Positions 1 through 9,791 of a stretch of DNA of 64,000 bases are shown here, in pieces. A program made the position numbers and the translations under genes. The DNA is from Candidatus Borrarchaeum weybense (GTDB lineage Archaea; Asgardarchaeota; Sifarchaeia; Borrarchaeales; Borrarchaeaceae), in NCBI GenBank assembly GCA_019057385.1, contig JAHQJS010000004.1, forward strand, positions 884,727-948,726, read 5' to 3'. Each line of letters opens with the position of its first letter. Within the stretch, counting starts at the first letter, position 1. The notes beneath the pieces were generated by a model. It made no database searches, was not told the DNA's origin, and saw only the letters and a program-made list of their open reading frames with translations.

Positions 1-63
1 GAAGAGGAAGAAGAGGAAGAAGAGGAAGAAGAGGAAGAAGAGGAAGAAGAGGAAGAAGAGGAA
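1..63 (+). repeat. Coding tandem repeat (GAAGAGGAA)x7 encoding poly-glutamate
   Basis: Read directly from the sequence; probably continues beyond the window edge. Confidence 0.95.
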
Positions 64-2163
64 GCTGTAGACACAAAAGAACTACCAAAACCAGTGATAA
101 CGGAATACGTTCCTAAGGTTAAAGAAGGATCCATTTTATTTGAGATACCACGAGGGCATGTGATTGTAGACTTAAAAGAAGAAGATCTTGAACTTATGAC
201 CGATAAAGATCTTTCGCCTGCTTGGACGAAGGCTGGCGAAGCAAATAACAAAAGGATTCTTGTCATCAACTCTGAGACCACGAGTGGTGTTTTAAAAGCG
301 GATGGCACTGTTGAAAAAATGGAGGCAACAGGTCTTATAGGTTTTTACAATCCGAACAAGAAAAATAGAGTTTGGGACGTCGACAGCTATTGGGATAATC
401 TCGAAAATACCGATTTAGCCCCTAGAGAGGGCTTATGCCACATAGATATCTATGAATTGGAACCTGGTGAATTACGCTCGAAAAAATACGCTTTAAAAGA
501 AGTAGAACCTCTTTTGAGAATTGAGGAATCTGTAAATGCAGCACCAGGAAAGGATACAGGACCTAGTGTCTTAATGAAGGATAAGGAGACGATTACTAAA
601 ATAACAGTGAGCGTTAGCAATGTATCAAAAACGAAGTTGGAAAATATAACAGTCGAAAAAGAATTGCCTGGAGTCCTAAGGGGAATAAGTGACATAGAAG
701 TTGATACAGGCACTCACAAAAAAGAAGGCAACAAGGTAGTATGGTCAGGATTTAGTTTAGATCCCAATAGCACTCAATCAATGAGTTTCAAAGTTGCAAT
801 GAGCGCAAAAACGATAGATCCTCTAATAACTGGGGATATCACTGCCAGCTATGTAGCGCCCGATATGACGGTATCAGGTATTACATTTATGGGATCGGAT
901 GGTTACACCAAGAACGTGACCTGGATCGATAAGGATGAGATAGATATGAGTCCTGGTCGCTGGAACTGTGCGATCGAGTTCGAAAACCTGTCTACCTTTG
1001 AAATTTTGCTTCGTGAAGTGGAGGTCTATCGACAGACAGCTGAAGAAAGCATTTTCAAGAAACGCTCGGACCGGCGACAACAACTGATAGTCGACGAAGA
1101 ACGCCTTGATGTAACGCTTAGCCCGGATACCGAGAATAAATGGACCAAAAGCTTTGTGTTCCCAGATCCAAAAGAAGAACCGATTATGAAACTGCCCAGC
1201 TTTGGTCAAAAAGTTGACTTCTCGGTCAAAAACATGTTTCTGAGGGAACTTACTGGCTCTGTAATAATGTCTGGTAGTGAAGTGACAGTTGCCGCTATGG
1301 ACTTAGAAAAGTCATTTGACAGAAATGAAATCAGCGCTGCCGAAACAAAACCGATTATAACTACATTGGTTGTAATCAATACTGGTTCTGCTCGATTTAA
1401 TGACTTGATTTTTGAGGAAACGATTCCTCCAGGATTTGATGTAGTCGACCAAGATAAAATTGATTTAAATCTAATTCGACCAGTAGAAGGAACAACAGAA
1501 CTGCAAAAAATACAGATATTAAGAGCGGCAAAAGTAGACTTACCAGATGAAAAAGATCTGAAAAAAGAAAGAACATTAATTGTATCCCTTCGTGATGTTC
1601 AAAAACAGGGTAATATTGGCGCAATCCTACCAGGGGATCGTGTTGAGGTAGAGTACCCTCTTCAACCTGTGACTCCAGAGCCTGGAACTGAACATACACC
1701 TCCCTTTACAGCAACAGCTGATGTTTTGCCACCATTTACTGAGGCTGCTAAATTTGATGTCTCTGTAGAAGAAGAAAAACTGACCATTAAGCCATACGTC
1801 TGGCGTAAAGTGCGTGTCGGCAAATCTATCCAGGAAGGTGCGACCAAGGGCGAATATGCGATCACTATCTTTTACAAGAACAAACTAAAGTCTGGAGAAC
1901 TTGCACTTGTTACTGATGAAGAAGCGAGTCTGCCTGACATTACCATTCATGATATCCTGCCTGAAGGCTTCACCTTGGTCTCAAGTGATCCAAATGTCAG
2001 CGATCAAAGACCGCGACTGGTAGAAGGTAAAAGTTTTACCGTCTTAGAATGGTCCATCAAGGATGTCCCACCTGATCAAATGGTAGAGATTAAATATTCA
2101 ATAAAAGGCGAGCCTGGAGCTGTATATAAAGCCAGAGAGACTCAAGCGCTTCTTACAGCATAA
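1..2163 (+). CDS. 5'-truncated large Asgard-type protein with a poly-Glu tract and several DUF11/Ig-like beta-sandwich repeats
   Basis: Frame 1 is open from base 1 (EEEE...EAVDTKELPKPV), so the ORF-track start at 94 is internal. Repeated motifs of the type 'ITVSVSN..LENITVEKELP', 'VINTG...FEETIPPGF' and 'IHDILPEGF' are typical of DUF11-like domains. Confidence 0.6.
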   Translation, partial: EEEEEEEEEEEEEEEEEEEEEAVDTKELPKPVITEYVPKVKEGSILFEIPRGHVIVDLKEEDLELMTDKDLSPAWTKAGEANNKRILVINSETTSGVLKADGTVEKMEATGLIGFYNPNKKNRVWDVDSYWDNLENTDLAPREGLCHIDIYELEPGELRSKKYALKEVEPLLRIEESVNAAPGKDTGPSVLMKDKETITKITVSVSNVSKTKLENITVEKELPGVLRGISDIEVDTGTHKKEGNKVVWSGFSLDPNSTQSMSFKVAMSAKTIDPLITGDITASYVAPDMTVSGITFMGSDGYTKNVTWIDKDEIDMSPGRWNCAIEFENLSTFEILLREVEVYRQTAEESIFKKRSDRRQQLIVDEERLDVTLSPDTENKWTKSFVFPDPKEEPIMKLPSFGQKVDFSVKNMFLRELTGSVIMSGSEVTVAAMDLEKSFDRNEISAAETKPIITTLVVINTGSARFNDLIFEETIPPGFDVVDQDKIDLNLIRPVEGTTELQKIQILRAAKVDLPDEKDLKKERTLIVSLRDVQKQGNIGAILPGDRVEVEYPLQPVTPEPGTEHTPPFTATADVLPPFTEAAKFDVSVEEEKLTIKPYVWRKVRVGKSIQEGATKGEYAITIFYKNKLKSGELALVTDEEASLPDITIHDILPEGFTLVSSDPNVSDQRPRLVEGKSFTVLEWSIKDVPPDQMVEIKYSIKGEPGAVYKARETQALLTA

Positions 2164-2306
2164 ACTCCTTGGATCAATCCCCTTTATTTTTTCTTTTGTG
2201 CATATCGGTGTTTTGTGGAAACTTATCCGCCTATGGAATGCTTCTTTTTTAGAAAGATTAATTTGTTAGATAAACAGATTAAATACCGTTTTTTATCATA
2301 CTGAAG

Positions 2307-2645
2307 GTGGTGAATTTAGTGGTTGAAGTTACTTTTAAGGAGTTCCAGAAGCTGGATCTTCGTATTGGCAAAATTTTAAATTGCGAAAAGATTCCTGGTG
2401 CAAAAAAGCTCTTAAAATGCACGTTAGATATTGGTACTGAGACCAGAGAAACTATCGTTGGTATGGCAGAGTTTTTTACCCCTGATGAACTCGTTGGTAA
2501 GAATGTTGTTGTTTTAGTTAATCTAGAGCCTAAAAAACTCATGGGCGTTGAGTCACGTGGAATGATTCTTGCAGCCGATTTAGGAGGAAAGCCATTTCTA
2601 CTTACGGTTGAGGGTGATGTCCCAACAGGAACAAAAGTTCGTTAA
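2307..2645 (+). CDS. tRNA-binding OB-fold protein (Trbp111/CsaA/MetRS C-terminal-like)
   Basis: Motifs 'FQKLDLRIGKI', 'KLLKCTLDIG' and 'NLEPKKLMGVESRGMILAA'. Confidence 0.9.
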   Translation: MVNLVVEVTFKEFQKLDLRIGKILNCEKIPGAKKLLKCTLDIGTETRETIVGMAEFFTPDELVGKNVVVLVNLEPKKLMGVESRGMILAADLGGKPFLLTVEGDVPTGTKVR

Positions 2646-2718
2646 GATCAGAAGTTAGATGATTGTATACAACTAGATTAAAAGGATATTAAGTTCCCTA
2701 TGCTGTTCTAGAAGCGAT

Positions 2719-4662
2719 TTATCCTTCAAAAAAAATTCTTAAATGTTCTCCGAGGAGATTAGGCTCATAAGGAATGACAGAAGTATTTTCTCTTATCCAT
2801 CCTGGCAGATAACCTCGGAGATACGGTGTGGCAAATCTATAATCCAGAAAAATAATGGCTCCTCTATCTGTAAGGGAACGAATTGGTCTTCCAGCAGCTT
2901 GAGAGGCTCTTCGCATGGCAGGAATGTTATAGCCATATATTCGTCCCTTTCCTGCAAATTTGGTGTCATAATACTTGATCTGGGCTTGTATCATAGGTGT
3001 AGGACTAGCATAAGGGACTCCTACAATGATCACCGCATTCATTTCGTTGCCTGGATAATCTGCTCCCTCCGCTGAACGCCCTCCCATGACTCCTAGCAAA
3101 ACTGCTCCGTCAAAGTTCGCAAAGTCCTTAAATTGTTGTATTAGTTTATCATTTTGCTGAGAACTCATTTGGCGTTTCTCTGTTAACAGAGGTTTACTTA
3201 GGGCACCCTCTAATTCTGCAGTTAAGAGGCCATCGAGAACATTATAACTTGCACAGAACACGCCAATATTTTGAGGCGTATTCTTACAAATCTGGCTAAT
3301 TAAATCGACCATTTTAGAATAAGTCTCAGGAGTTCGCTGTTTTAGTGCTGTAGAAACCCCTTCACAAATATATGCACAGACATTATCATTTGAATAAGGA
3401 GAAGGAAGTACCTCATTCTTTGTGTCACTTGGAAGACCTATTTTATCAATGAATGCGCTAATAGGTTGTAATGTCCCAGATGCGCAAATGGTAGCAAAAG
3501 CAGATTTTATAATAGGTTTTGTGCAATAACGAGGATCAAGAGCAGAGATTGTTAATTGAGCTTTGACTTTTTCTGAAGATTTATACCTTTTTAATAAATG
3601 CACAAAATCTATTCTATCACTAGTTTCTATCCATTTTGTCATAAACTCTGCAGTTCTTTTAACAAACGAACGTGGATGTTTCCCCAGCTTTAACAATTGT
3701 TTTTGAATTACTTCTCCAGCTTTGACCATCTTTTTGAAAAACATGTCGTCTAAAGTTAGTCCAAGTCTTTTTTCTACTTGTTGAAGGAACTCTGAGGGTT
3801 CAATAAACGTTTCATCATCTTCTTTCTGAAAATTTTTGAGATTTTGCTCAAGAACACTGTTTAGCGCTTTTCCGAACTGTTCGATAATTTTTGAATTAAA
3901 GTTTTTTGACTCTTTAATCACTGCCTTAATGCTATATTTAGAAATTGAATCACTCGCGATTTCAGTAGCGATTTGCGGGAGATTATGTGCTTCATCAAAT
4001 ATTAAGATACATTCGTGAAGTGGTTTTTCAAGAGATAATCTTAGAAAATTATCGCGAATGTTTGGATCAAATATGTACAAATAACTTAACGCTATAATGT
4101 CTACCTTTTGTATGAGTCGCCTTGCTAATTCATAGGCGCAAATTTCTTCATTTTGGCAAATCTCAAGAAATTCTGCACCAGTAGTTGGTTTTTCTAAAAA
4201 ATAATGTTCAAGTTCTGAAACGTACCACGGCTCATTTTGTAATTTCTCGAAAGAATCGCATCTCTTTCTTTTTTTCAATTCCTTGCATAAAAGTAGAGCC
4301 GATTTTGCGTCAAGCGCATATTTTTTCACAAGTTCATTTGAACAGGTCTCGTTTCTACCTCTTATTGCGAGGCCAGAAACTTCACAACCTTTTTCTCGAA
4401 TTTTATGAATTTCCTCTAGGACACGATCCGCTTGTCTATGCGTACGGCAACAGTAAATTATGGTTCTACCCTCGCGTTTTGCTGAAAGCAATACTCCTAC
4501 TAGCATGCTAATAGTTTTTCCAAGCCCATTGGCACCCTCTACAACCAGATGTCCCCCCTTTTGTGCCACTTCATTGACGAGATTAATTAATTTGGCTTGG
4601 GAGGGTCTAAGATTCTTGTAAGGGAAGAATTCCTGCGCTTCTATTGGAATCTGGTCTTTCAT
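2719..4662 (-). CDS. xpd: XPD/Rad3-family Fe-S DNA helicase
   Basis: Walker A GANGLGKT, four Fe-S cysteines, DEAH, ASGTL and QAAGRPIR motifs. Confidence 0.9.
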   Translation of the reverse strand: MKDQIPIEAQEFFPYKNLRPSQAKLINLVNEVAQKGGHLVVEGANGLGKTISMLVGVLLSAKREGRTIIYCCRTHRQADRVLEEIHKIREKGCEVSGLAIRGRNETCSNELVKKYALDAKSALLLCKELKKRKRCDSFEKLQNEPWYVSELEHYFLEKPTTGAEFLEICQNEEICAYELARRLIQKVDIIALSYLYIFDPNIRDNFLRLSLEKPLHECILIFDEAHNLPQIATEIASDSISKYSIKAVIKESKNFNSKIIEQFGKALNSVLEQNLKNFQKEDDETFIEPSEFLQQVEKRLGLTLDDMFFKKMVKAGEVIQKQLLKLGKHPRSFVKRTAEFMTKWIETSDRIDFVHLLKRYKSSEKVKAQLTISALDPRYCTKPIIKSAFATICASGTLQPISAFIDKIGLPSDTKNEVLPSPYSNDNVCAYICEGVSTALKQRTPETYSKMVDLISQICKNTPQNIGVFCASYNVLDGLLTAELEGALSKPLLTEKRQMSSQQNDKLIQQFKDFANFDGAVLLGVMGGRSAEGADYPGNEMNAVIIVGVPYASPTPMIQAQIKYYDTKFAGKGRIYGYNIPAMRRASQAAGRPIRSLTDRGAIIFLDYRFATPYLRGYLPGWIRENTSVIPYEPNLLGEHLRIFFEG

Positions 4663-4722
4663 AATCTATCGCAATCCATCTCGATGTTCATAATTTCTGG
4701 AATATTAAAATCAAGCGCTTTT

Positions 4723-5463
4723 TTACTCACAATTTCTTGTGTCATTTATCAAACTGTCTAATTTAGCTTCCAATAACTCTGACAGCTGATGAATTGTGAG
4801 ATCTGGTCGATACTCGCCCTCATTTTGTTGTTCATCATCATTTCTTTTAAACCATATAGCTTTAAGTCCTGCTTTTTTCGCTCCGATGACATCACATTCT
4901 AAACTATCTCCAATATGAATAACGTTATGTGGTTTCATGTTCATACTATGAACGGCATGAGTAAAGATCATCGGGAATGGTTTAGAAAATCCATGATCTC
5001 CTGAAATAGTAACTGTTTCAAAGAAATCAGACAGGTTATGCGTCTCTAATTGGGAATAAATAAAGGGCGGATAAGTAAAATTACTAATTAACCCAATTCG
5101 GTATGTTTCAGAGAGTGTTTCAATTACTTCATGAGTATCTTCCACGAGCTGGACATTTGCTGTAAGAATCTTAAAATAAGCCGAAGTACTTTCTTTGATA
5201 ACAGCACGAGCTTTAGAGGACTGCATTCCCACGTCTTTAAATACTTCTAAGAGATGACTGTCATAAAGCGTTTCTGTACCTTCTTCTATTCTTTTCCTCA
5301 ATACTTTCTGCCACTGCGCTAATGCCTTACTGATGAATTCATCAAAGCCAATAGTTAGTCCATATTTTACTCCAACATCATATACCGCTTTAAGAGCCCT
5401 CTTAGAAACATTTTTATCAACAGGTTCAATAAGTGTGTTGAAAAAATCGAAAGTTAAACTCAT
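4723..5463 (-). CDS. HAD-superfamily hydrolase
   Basis: FDFFNTL (variant motif I), ISN, KP and IGDSLECDV motifs. Confidence 0.85.
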   Translation of the reverse strand: MSLTFDFFNTLIEPVDKNVSKRALKAVYDVGVKYGLTIGFDEFISKALAQWQKVLRKRIEEGTETLYDSHLLEVFKDVGMQSSKARAVIKESTSAYFKILTANVQLVEDTHEVIETLSETYRIGLISNFTYPPFIYSQLETHNLSDFFETVTISGDHGFSKPFPMIFTHAVHSMNMKPHNVIHIGDSLECDVIGAKKAGLKAIWFKRNDDEQQNEGEYRPDLTIHQLSELLEAKLDSLINDTRNCE

Positions 5464-5547
5464 AAAGGTTTTTTTATCTTCTAATCTTAATAAAAATTGT
5501 CTTTGTTATTTTATAAATGATCACAAAAAAGCAGGATTGCTGATTTC

Positions 5548-6528
5548 TTGTCTCAACAAAAGATTACAAAAGCAATGCTTCAGGAATATTATTCAGACTA
5601 TTTTGATGTGACACCTCTCATCAATATCATTGGATTGTCGACCTTTAGACGCAGAGAATTTGGATTTGACCTTGGCAACACTTTCACAAGAAATCTCTCA
5701 TTCGGAACACCTCGAAAGCTTGTAGATTATATGGGTAATCAAGGTGTCTTTCAAGCATATGTTGGGGCGGTATACTCTGAAAGCCCATCGAAACAACAGT
5801 CGATTCAGAGATTACAATGGGAGTCAAGAGAATTAGTTTTTGATATTGATCTGGATGAATTTGACCTAGTAAGGAGATGTGACTGTAAAGGCGAAAAGAC
5901 TTTTTGTGAGGAATGCTGGACATTAGCGCAAGATGCCATGATTTTTTTAGACGCAACAATGAGGGAAGACTTTGGCTTTGAAGACCTAGTTTGGATTTTT
6001 TCTGGGAGAAGGGGAGTTCACTGCTGGATATGTGATGACATTGCAAAAAAGTTGGATCAAAGACAGCGAAGTGCGGTCATTAATTATTTAACTCTAATAA
6101 AGGAAGGAGAGAAGACTCCTCATGTAGATATGCTCCCTAAGTATGCAAAATCATTGAAAGAAAGAATATTCACTCTGTTATCGAGATCCTTTTTTCTTAA
6201 TACTGCAGAAGCTGAATTAATAAAACTGGGGTTCAAAAAAGGCGATTCCAAAAAAATACTAAAACGTGTGCTAACTGAAAGCCAGTTTAACTACAAGCAA
6301 TTTATTCCTACATATCCATCCATTGATCCACTAAGACTGGCTAAAGCGATAATTATAAACAGATATCCACGAATAGATCGAAAGGTAACACTAGATACAA
6401 GAAGACTTCTGAAAATTCCAAATTCGATTCATGGAAAAACTGGGAATGTTTGTGTCGTTATCAACAACATTTCAAATTTTGATCCTTTTGATGTTCCTTC
6501 TATCTTTGATAAGGTATTAAGTAATTAA
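5548..6528 (+). CDS. priS: DNA primase catalytic subunit PriS
   Basis: RREFGF, ELVFDIDLD, SGRRGVHCW and RLLKIPNSIHGKTG motifs, plus Zn-binding cysteines. Confidence 0.95.
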   Translation: MSQQKITKAMLQEYYSDYFDVTPLINIIGLSTFRRREFGFDLGNTFTRNLSFGTPRKLVDYMGNQGVFQAYVGAVYSESPSKQQSIQRLQWESRELVFDIDLDEFDLVRRCDCKGEKTFCEECWTLAQDAMIFLDATMREDFGFEDLVWIFSGRRGVHCWICDDIAKKLDQRQRSAVINYLTLIKEGEKTPHVDMLPKYAKSLKERIFTLLSRSFFLNTAEAELIKLGFKKGDSKKILKRVLTESQFNYKQFIPTYPSIDPLRLAKAIIINRYPRIDRKVTLDTRRLLKIPNSIHGKTGNVCVVINNISNFDPFDVPSIFDKVLSN

Positions 6529-6634
6529 CTTATTATCTGAAACCAAATTAACTTATCATTTCAACAATTAACTTATTATCAAGAAAGTGAGATGGTACTA
6601 AAATTTGCCTGAAAAACAAAGATGGTACTAAAAT
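6523..6634. repeat. Short direct repeats: AATTAACTTAtyATy x3 and AGATGGTACTAAAAT x2
   Basis: Copies start at 6523, 6546 and 6566, and at 6590 and 6620. Confidence 0.8.
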
Positions 6635-6703
6635 CAAAAGTATCCTCTTGAAGAAAGCCGTGGCTAAGCCTTTTTGAAAGATAATTACTTTTCAGGAAGT
6701 TAT

Positions 6704-7031
6704 CATTTCTTCGCAAGAAGCCCCCGCAACGTGTTGGGGGGAGGAATGAAGCGCGTTACTAGTTTCACTTTCACCCAGGTCTCTGTAATTATTAAATAAC
6801 TATTTGCATACATATGACCTGTGTCTACCTGCAGGCAAGAGGTCGGCATGCGAGTACCCTTCTGAATCCTGTATGCCGTAAAGCCCAGTGGATCTGGAAG
6901 GGGACACAGTAGGGCAGGGACTGTCCGATTTAAAGCCTGTGTTAAGTCGATATCTGTTAAAGGTATGGTTGGAGACGCTGCAGGTCGTCTGTGAAGCAGG
7001 AAGCCATTCAACTTGTTGGATGGTAGTTCAC
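6704..7031 (+). mobile_element. Non-autonomous IS200/IS605 MITE carrying a TnpB-type omegaRNA/reRNA scaffold
   Basis: Follows TTAT. Left-end hairpin after GAAG (CCCCCGCAAC..GTTGGGGGG), a tnpB 3'-like segment GTAGGGCAGGGACTGTCCGA..AAGCCTGTG, and a right end GAAGCCATTCAAC..GGTAGTTCAC. Confidence 0.8.
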
Positions 7032-7762
7032 TAACCCAATTTATATCCTACTGCTTCCCATGCATGTTTCATTACTGGATTATTTTCAAGGTAGGCGTCA
7101 ACTATTTCCTTTGGTACTTTGTTTAGAGGACAGGAGAAATTAACGCATTTCGGACAAACATTCCTTCTTACAGCTATAAAAAAATAGATACCTGCAATAG
7201 AACTAAGCAATGCTAACCCCGTTAATGTTGTAATTGTTATATCGACTGTGTGATATTGATTCCATAATATAAAAAGACCGTAAAGATCTGTCACGACAGG
7301 AAATAGCACAAAAAATACTGCTCCTCCTAAAAACCCTAATTTTTCAAAGATATTCATAGGTTCGGGGTGAAATGCCCATAGTTTTGGAAGCCCATGATTT
7401 GCTAGACAGTGCAGAATCTTCCCTTCTTTAGCATAATAAGGACAATGGCTACAAATGATACGAATTTCAATAATGAAAAAAAATAAGATCCAAAAAATAA
7501 TATTAATCAATAACGGAATCCAGCTAACGTTTAATCCAACAATAATAAAACCAAGAAATCCTAATAGCATAGGAGGTAACAGTATTTTATAGACCTTTAG
7601 AAGTAACTTAACTTCCCATTTACAGTTTAATTTTCCATTTATCTTGCAACTAAGGCAATCTGATTCTTCGTCCCAAGTACATGTTATATATTTATCATTC
7701 TGGACACTTTTTTCTTTAATAGTCATTTTCAGCGCCTGCACATCTAGATATATTATTCGCAA
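7031..7762 (-). CDS. Membrane protein with Cys/His clusters (putative metal binding)
   Basis: About four hydrophobic segments; CLSC, CSHCPYY and CPKCVNFSCP motifs. Confidence 0.65.
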   Translation of the reverse strand: MRIIYLDVQALKMTIKEKSVQNDKYITCTWDEESDCLSCKINGKLNCKWEVKLLLKVYKILLPPMLLGFLGFIIVGLNVSWIPLLINIIFWILFFFIIEIRIICSHCPYYAKEGKILHCLANHGLPKLWAFHPEPMNIFEKLGFLGGAVFFVLFPVVTDLYGLFILWNQYHTVDITITTLTGLALLSSIAGIYFFIAVRRNVCPKCVNFSCPLNKVPKEIVDAYLENNPVMKHAWEAVGYKLG

Positions 7763-7876
7763 AAACCTATTTTAAACAACATCTTTTTTTTGATGCGTAC
7801 TATACGTCAAAAAGCTCTATGTTCTAGTTTTGCAAAGAACTTCTTTGGATGTATATTTTTTAATAAAAACCGATCC

Positions 7877-8170
7877 TTATTCTGAGATGGCGCAAGAATA
7901 GTCTTTACATCGTTTCGGTTTAGTATTATGAATCAAACAGAAATATTCAGATTTGTCTTTCTTGTAAAGAAAAGGACACCGTGATAAACGTGTCTTATTC
8001 TGTGGATTTACCCAACCAAATGCAGTATCCTTATTTAAGAATTCAATATATCGAAGTATGTCTTGTCTATTTTCATTCATCCATCTATCAATATCCTCTG
8101 CAGTTATGTGAACGAAATAAGCCCCCCATTCCAAACAACATTTTCCACATTGTTCACAAGACAAATTCAT
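7877..8170 (-). CDS. YkgJ/CxxCxxCC cysteine-cluster protein
   Basis: CEQCGKCC...CPFL...CLIH..KP..C..Y pattern. Confidence 0.85.
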   Translation of the reverse strand: MNLSCEQCGKCCLEWGAYFVHITAEDIDRWMNENRQDILRYIEFLNKDTAFGWVNPQNKTRLSRCPFLYKKDKSEYFCLIHNTKPKRCKDYSCAISE

Positions 8171-8195
8171 CAGGATATTCAGTTAACATGAGTGC

Positions 8196-8449
8196 GTGAA
8201 CTACCACCCTACAAGTAGGCTGGCTTCCTGAATCATTCATTCCCCAACGGGACATGTCAAACAGGCTCTACGGACAGTTCCTGTCCTGAACTTGATGTTA
8301 TTTTGAGAACCGGCGAGTGTTACCTCAGCTCGATTCTACTTACGAAATATGCGAAACAGTACTTAAAGGTTACTGACTATCGTGAAAGTGAAACACGTGA
8401 AGCAATTCATTCCCCCTACAAGTTGAGGGGTCTTCTAGCGGAGGAGTGC
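8196..8449 (-). mobile_element. Non-autonomous IS200/IS605 MITE with omegaRNA scaffold
   Basis: On the minus strand: TTTAT then GCACTCC..GAAGACCCCTCAACTTGTAGGGGG, internal CAGGAACTGTCCGTAGAGCCTGT, ending GGTAGTTCAC. Related to the 6704-7031 element. Confidence 0.8.
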
Positions 8450-8553
8450 ATAAAATCTTTCTTCTGAAAAAAGAAATTATCATTTTCTTGTCTATATAGT
8501 CATTTTAGAAAAATGGATTTTGACTTTCTCTTGATTAAATCTTGTAACTAAAA

Positions 8554-8600
8554 CAGTAAAGTTTAAATAGGATGTTTCCAAATGGAAACATTGGAACATC
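8554..8600 (+). promoter_or_regulatory. Putative tfb promoter (BRE/TATA) followed by a perfect palindromic operator ATGTTTCCA-AA-TGGAAACAT
   Basis: TTTAAATA at 8562-8569, palindrome at 8572-8591, and an extra half-site TGGAACAT right after. Confidence 0.6.
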
Positions 8601-8752
8601 GGGAGCGGATGAAATACTCTCCATAAAAGGATATTCAATCCTAATGATCTTATTTTGAGAAGTTGATATTCCTCATCTAAGATACGGTGCTCTATCCGTA
8701 AACCAATCCGCGCTATTTGAGTTTACTGAAAAGTAGAGGAGTGTAATCTATA

Positions 8753-9718
8753 ATGGATGAAACTTTAGGGATTAAGAAGAAACGCCCATCTAACTACGAC
8801 AAGGACTCCTGTACTAGAGCCTATTGTATTGAATGCGGTTCAACTGATGTGATTTGTGATGAGGCTCGTGGTGAGATCATCTGTAACAAATGTGGATTGG
8901 TTATTGAAGAACATATGATGGATCTGGGGCCTGAATGGCGCAGTTACACGGCAGAAGAACGAAAGAAAAGAAGTCGTGTAGGAAGCCCTGTTAATTATTC
9001 CATTCACGATAAAGGTTTATCTACTATGATTGGTCCTGAGGACAAAGACTTCTATGGAAAAAAACTTGCACCTAGTCGACGAGCTGAAATTTATCGTCTG
9101 CGAAAGTGGCAACGACGTACTAGGACGCATAGTTCTCGCGAGCGAAACCTCATTCAAGCACTGAGTGAGTTGGATCGCTTGACGAGTCAAATGGGTATTC
9201 CACGATCAATTAAAGAAGAGGCTGCGATTATTTATCGAAAAGCATTGGAAAAACGAATGAGTCGCGGTACAACCATTGAAGTCATGGTTGCAGCTACCTT
9301 GTATGCGGCCTGTCGCATCAGAAAAATTCCTCGGACCTTAGATGAAGTTGCAGAAAACTCACGCATTAATAAAAAACAACTAGGACAGTGTTTCAGACAG
9401 CTCGTGAGAACTATTGATGTGGCAATTCCTATCAGTACACCAATTGACTTTATCTCTCGCTTTTCAAATGAATTAGGGCTTTCAGGAAAAGTGTCGGGGC
9501 GGGCTATTAAAATTCTTGAAACGGCTAAAAAAGCCGGGATCACTGCTGGAAAGGATCCAACCGGACTGGCCGCAGCAGCTCTCTATATCTCTGGAATATT
9601 AGAAGATGAACGACGAACACAACGCGAAATTGCACGAGTTGCACGAGTCACAGAAGTGACAGTCAGAAACCGCTACAAAGAGTTAGTTAAAAACCTTCAA
9701 ATCGCAGTTGCCGTATAA
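8753..9718 (+). CDS. tfb: Transcription initiation factor IIB (TFB)
   Basis: Zn ribbon CIECG..CNKCG, B-reader GPEWR, two cyclin repeats, and a C-terminal 'VTEVTVRNRYKEL'. Confidence 0.97.
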   Translation: MDETLGIKKKRPSNYDKDSCTRAYCIECGSTDVICDEARGEIICNKCGLVIEEHMMDLGPEWRSYTAEERKKRSRVGSPVNYSIHDKGLSTMIGPEDKDFYGKKLAPSRRAEIYRLRKWQRRTRTHSSRERNLIQALSELDRLTSQMGIPRSIKEEAAIIYRKALEKRMSRGTTIEVMVAATLYAACRIRKIPRTLDEVAENSRINKKQLGQCFRQLVRTIDVAIPISTPIDFISRFSNELGLSGKVSGRAIKILETAKKAGITAGKDPTGLAAAALYISGILEDERRTQREIARVARVTEVTVRNRYKELVKNLQIAVAV

Positions 9719-9791
9719 CCTCTATAACACTATACTTTTTTTTATTATTTCTTAAGAAAAACGGCGGTGGATCTGTTTTAAGATGATTCGT

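Noticed and set aside
6703-7011. ORFs within MITEs (6703-7011, 36623-36979, 37210-37482)
   Set aside because: They lie inside non-coding mobile RNA scaffolds and have no protein motifs.
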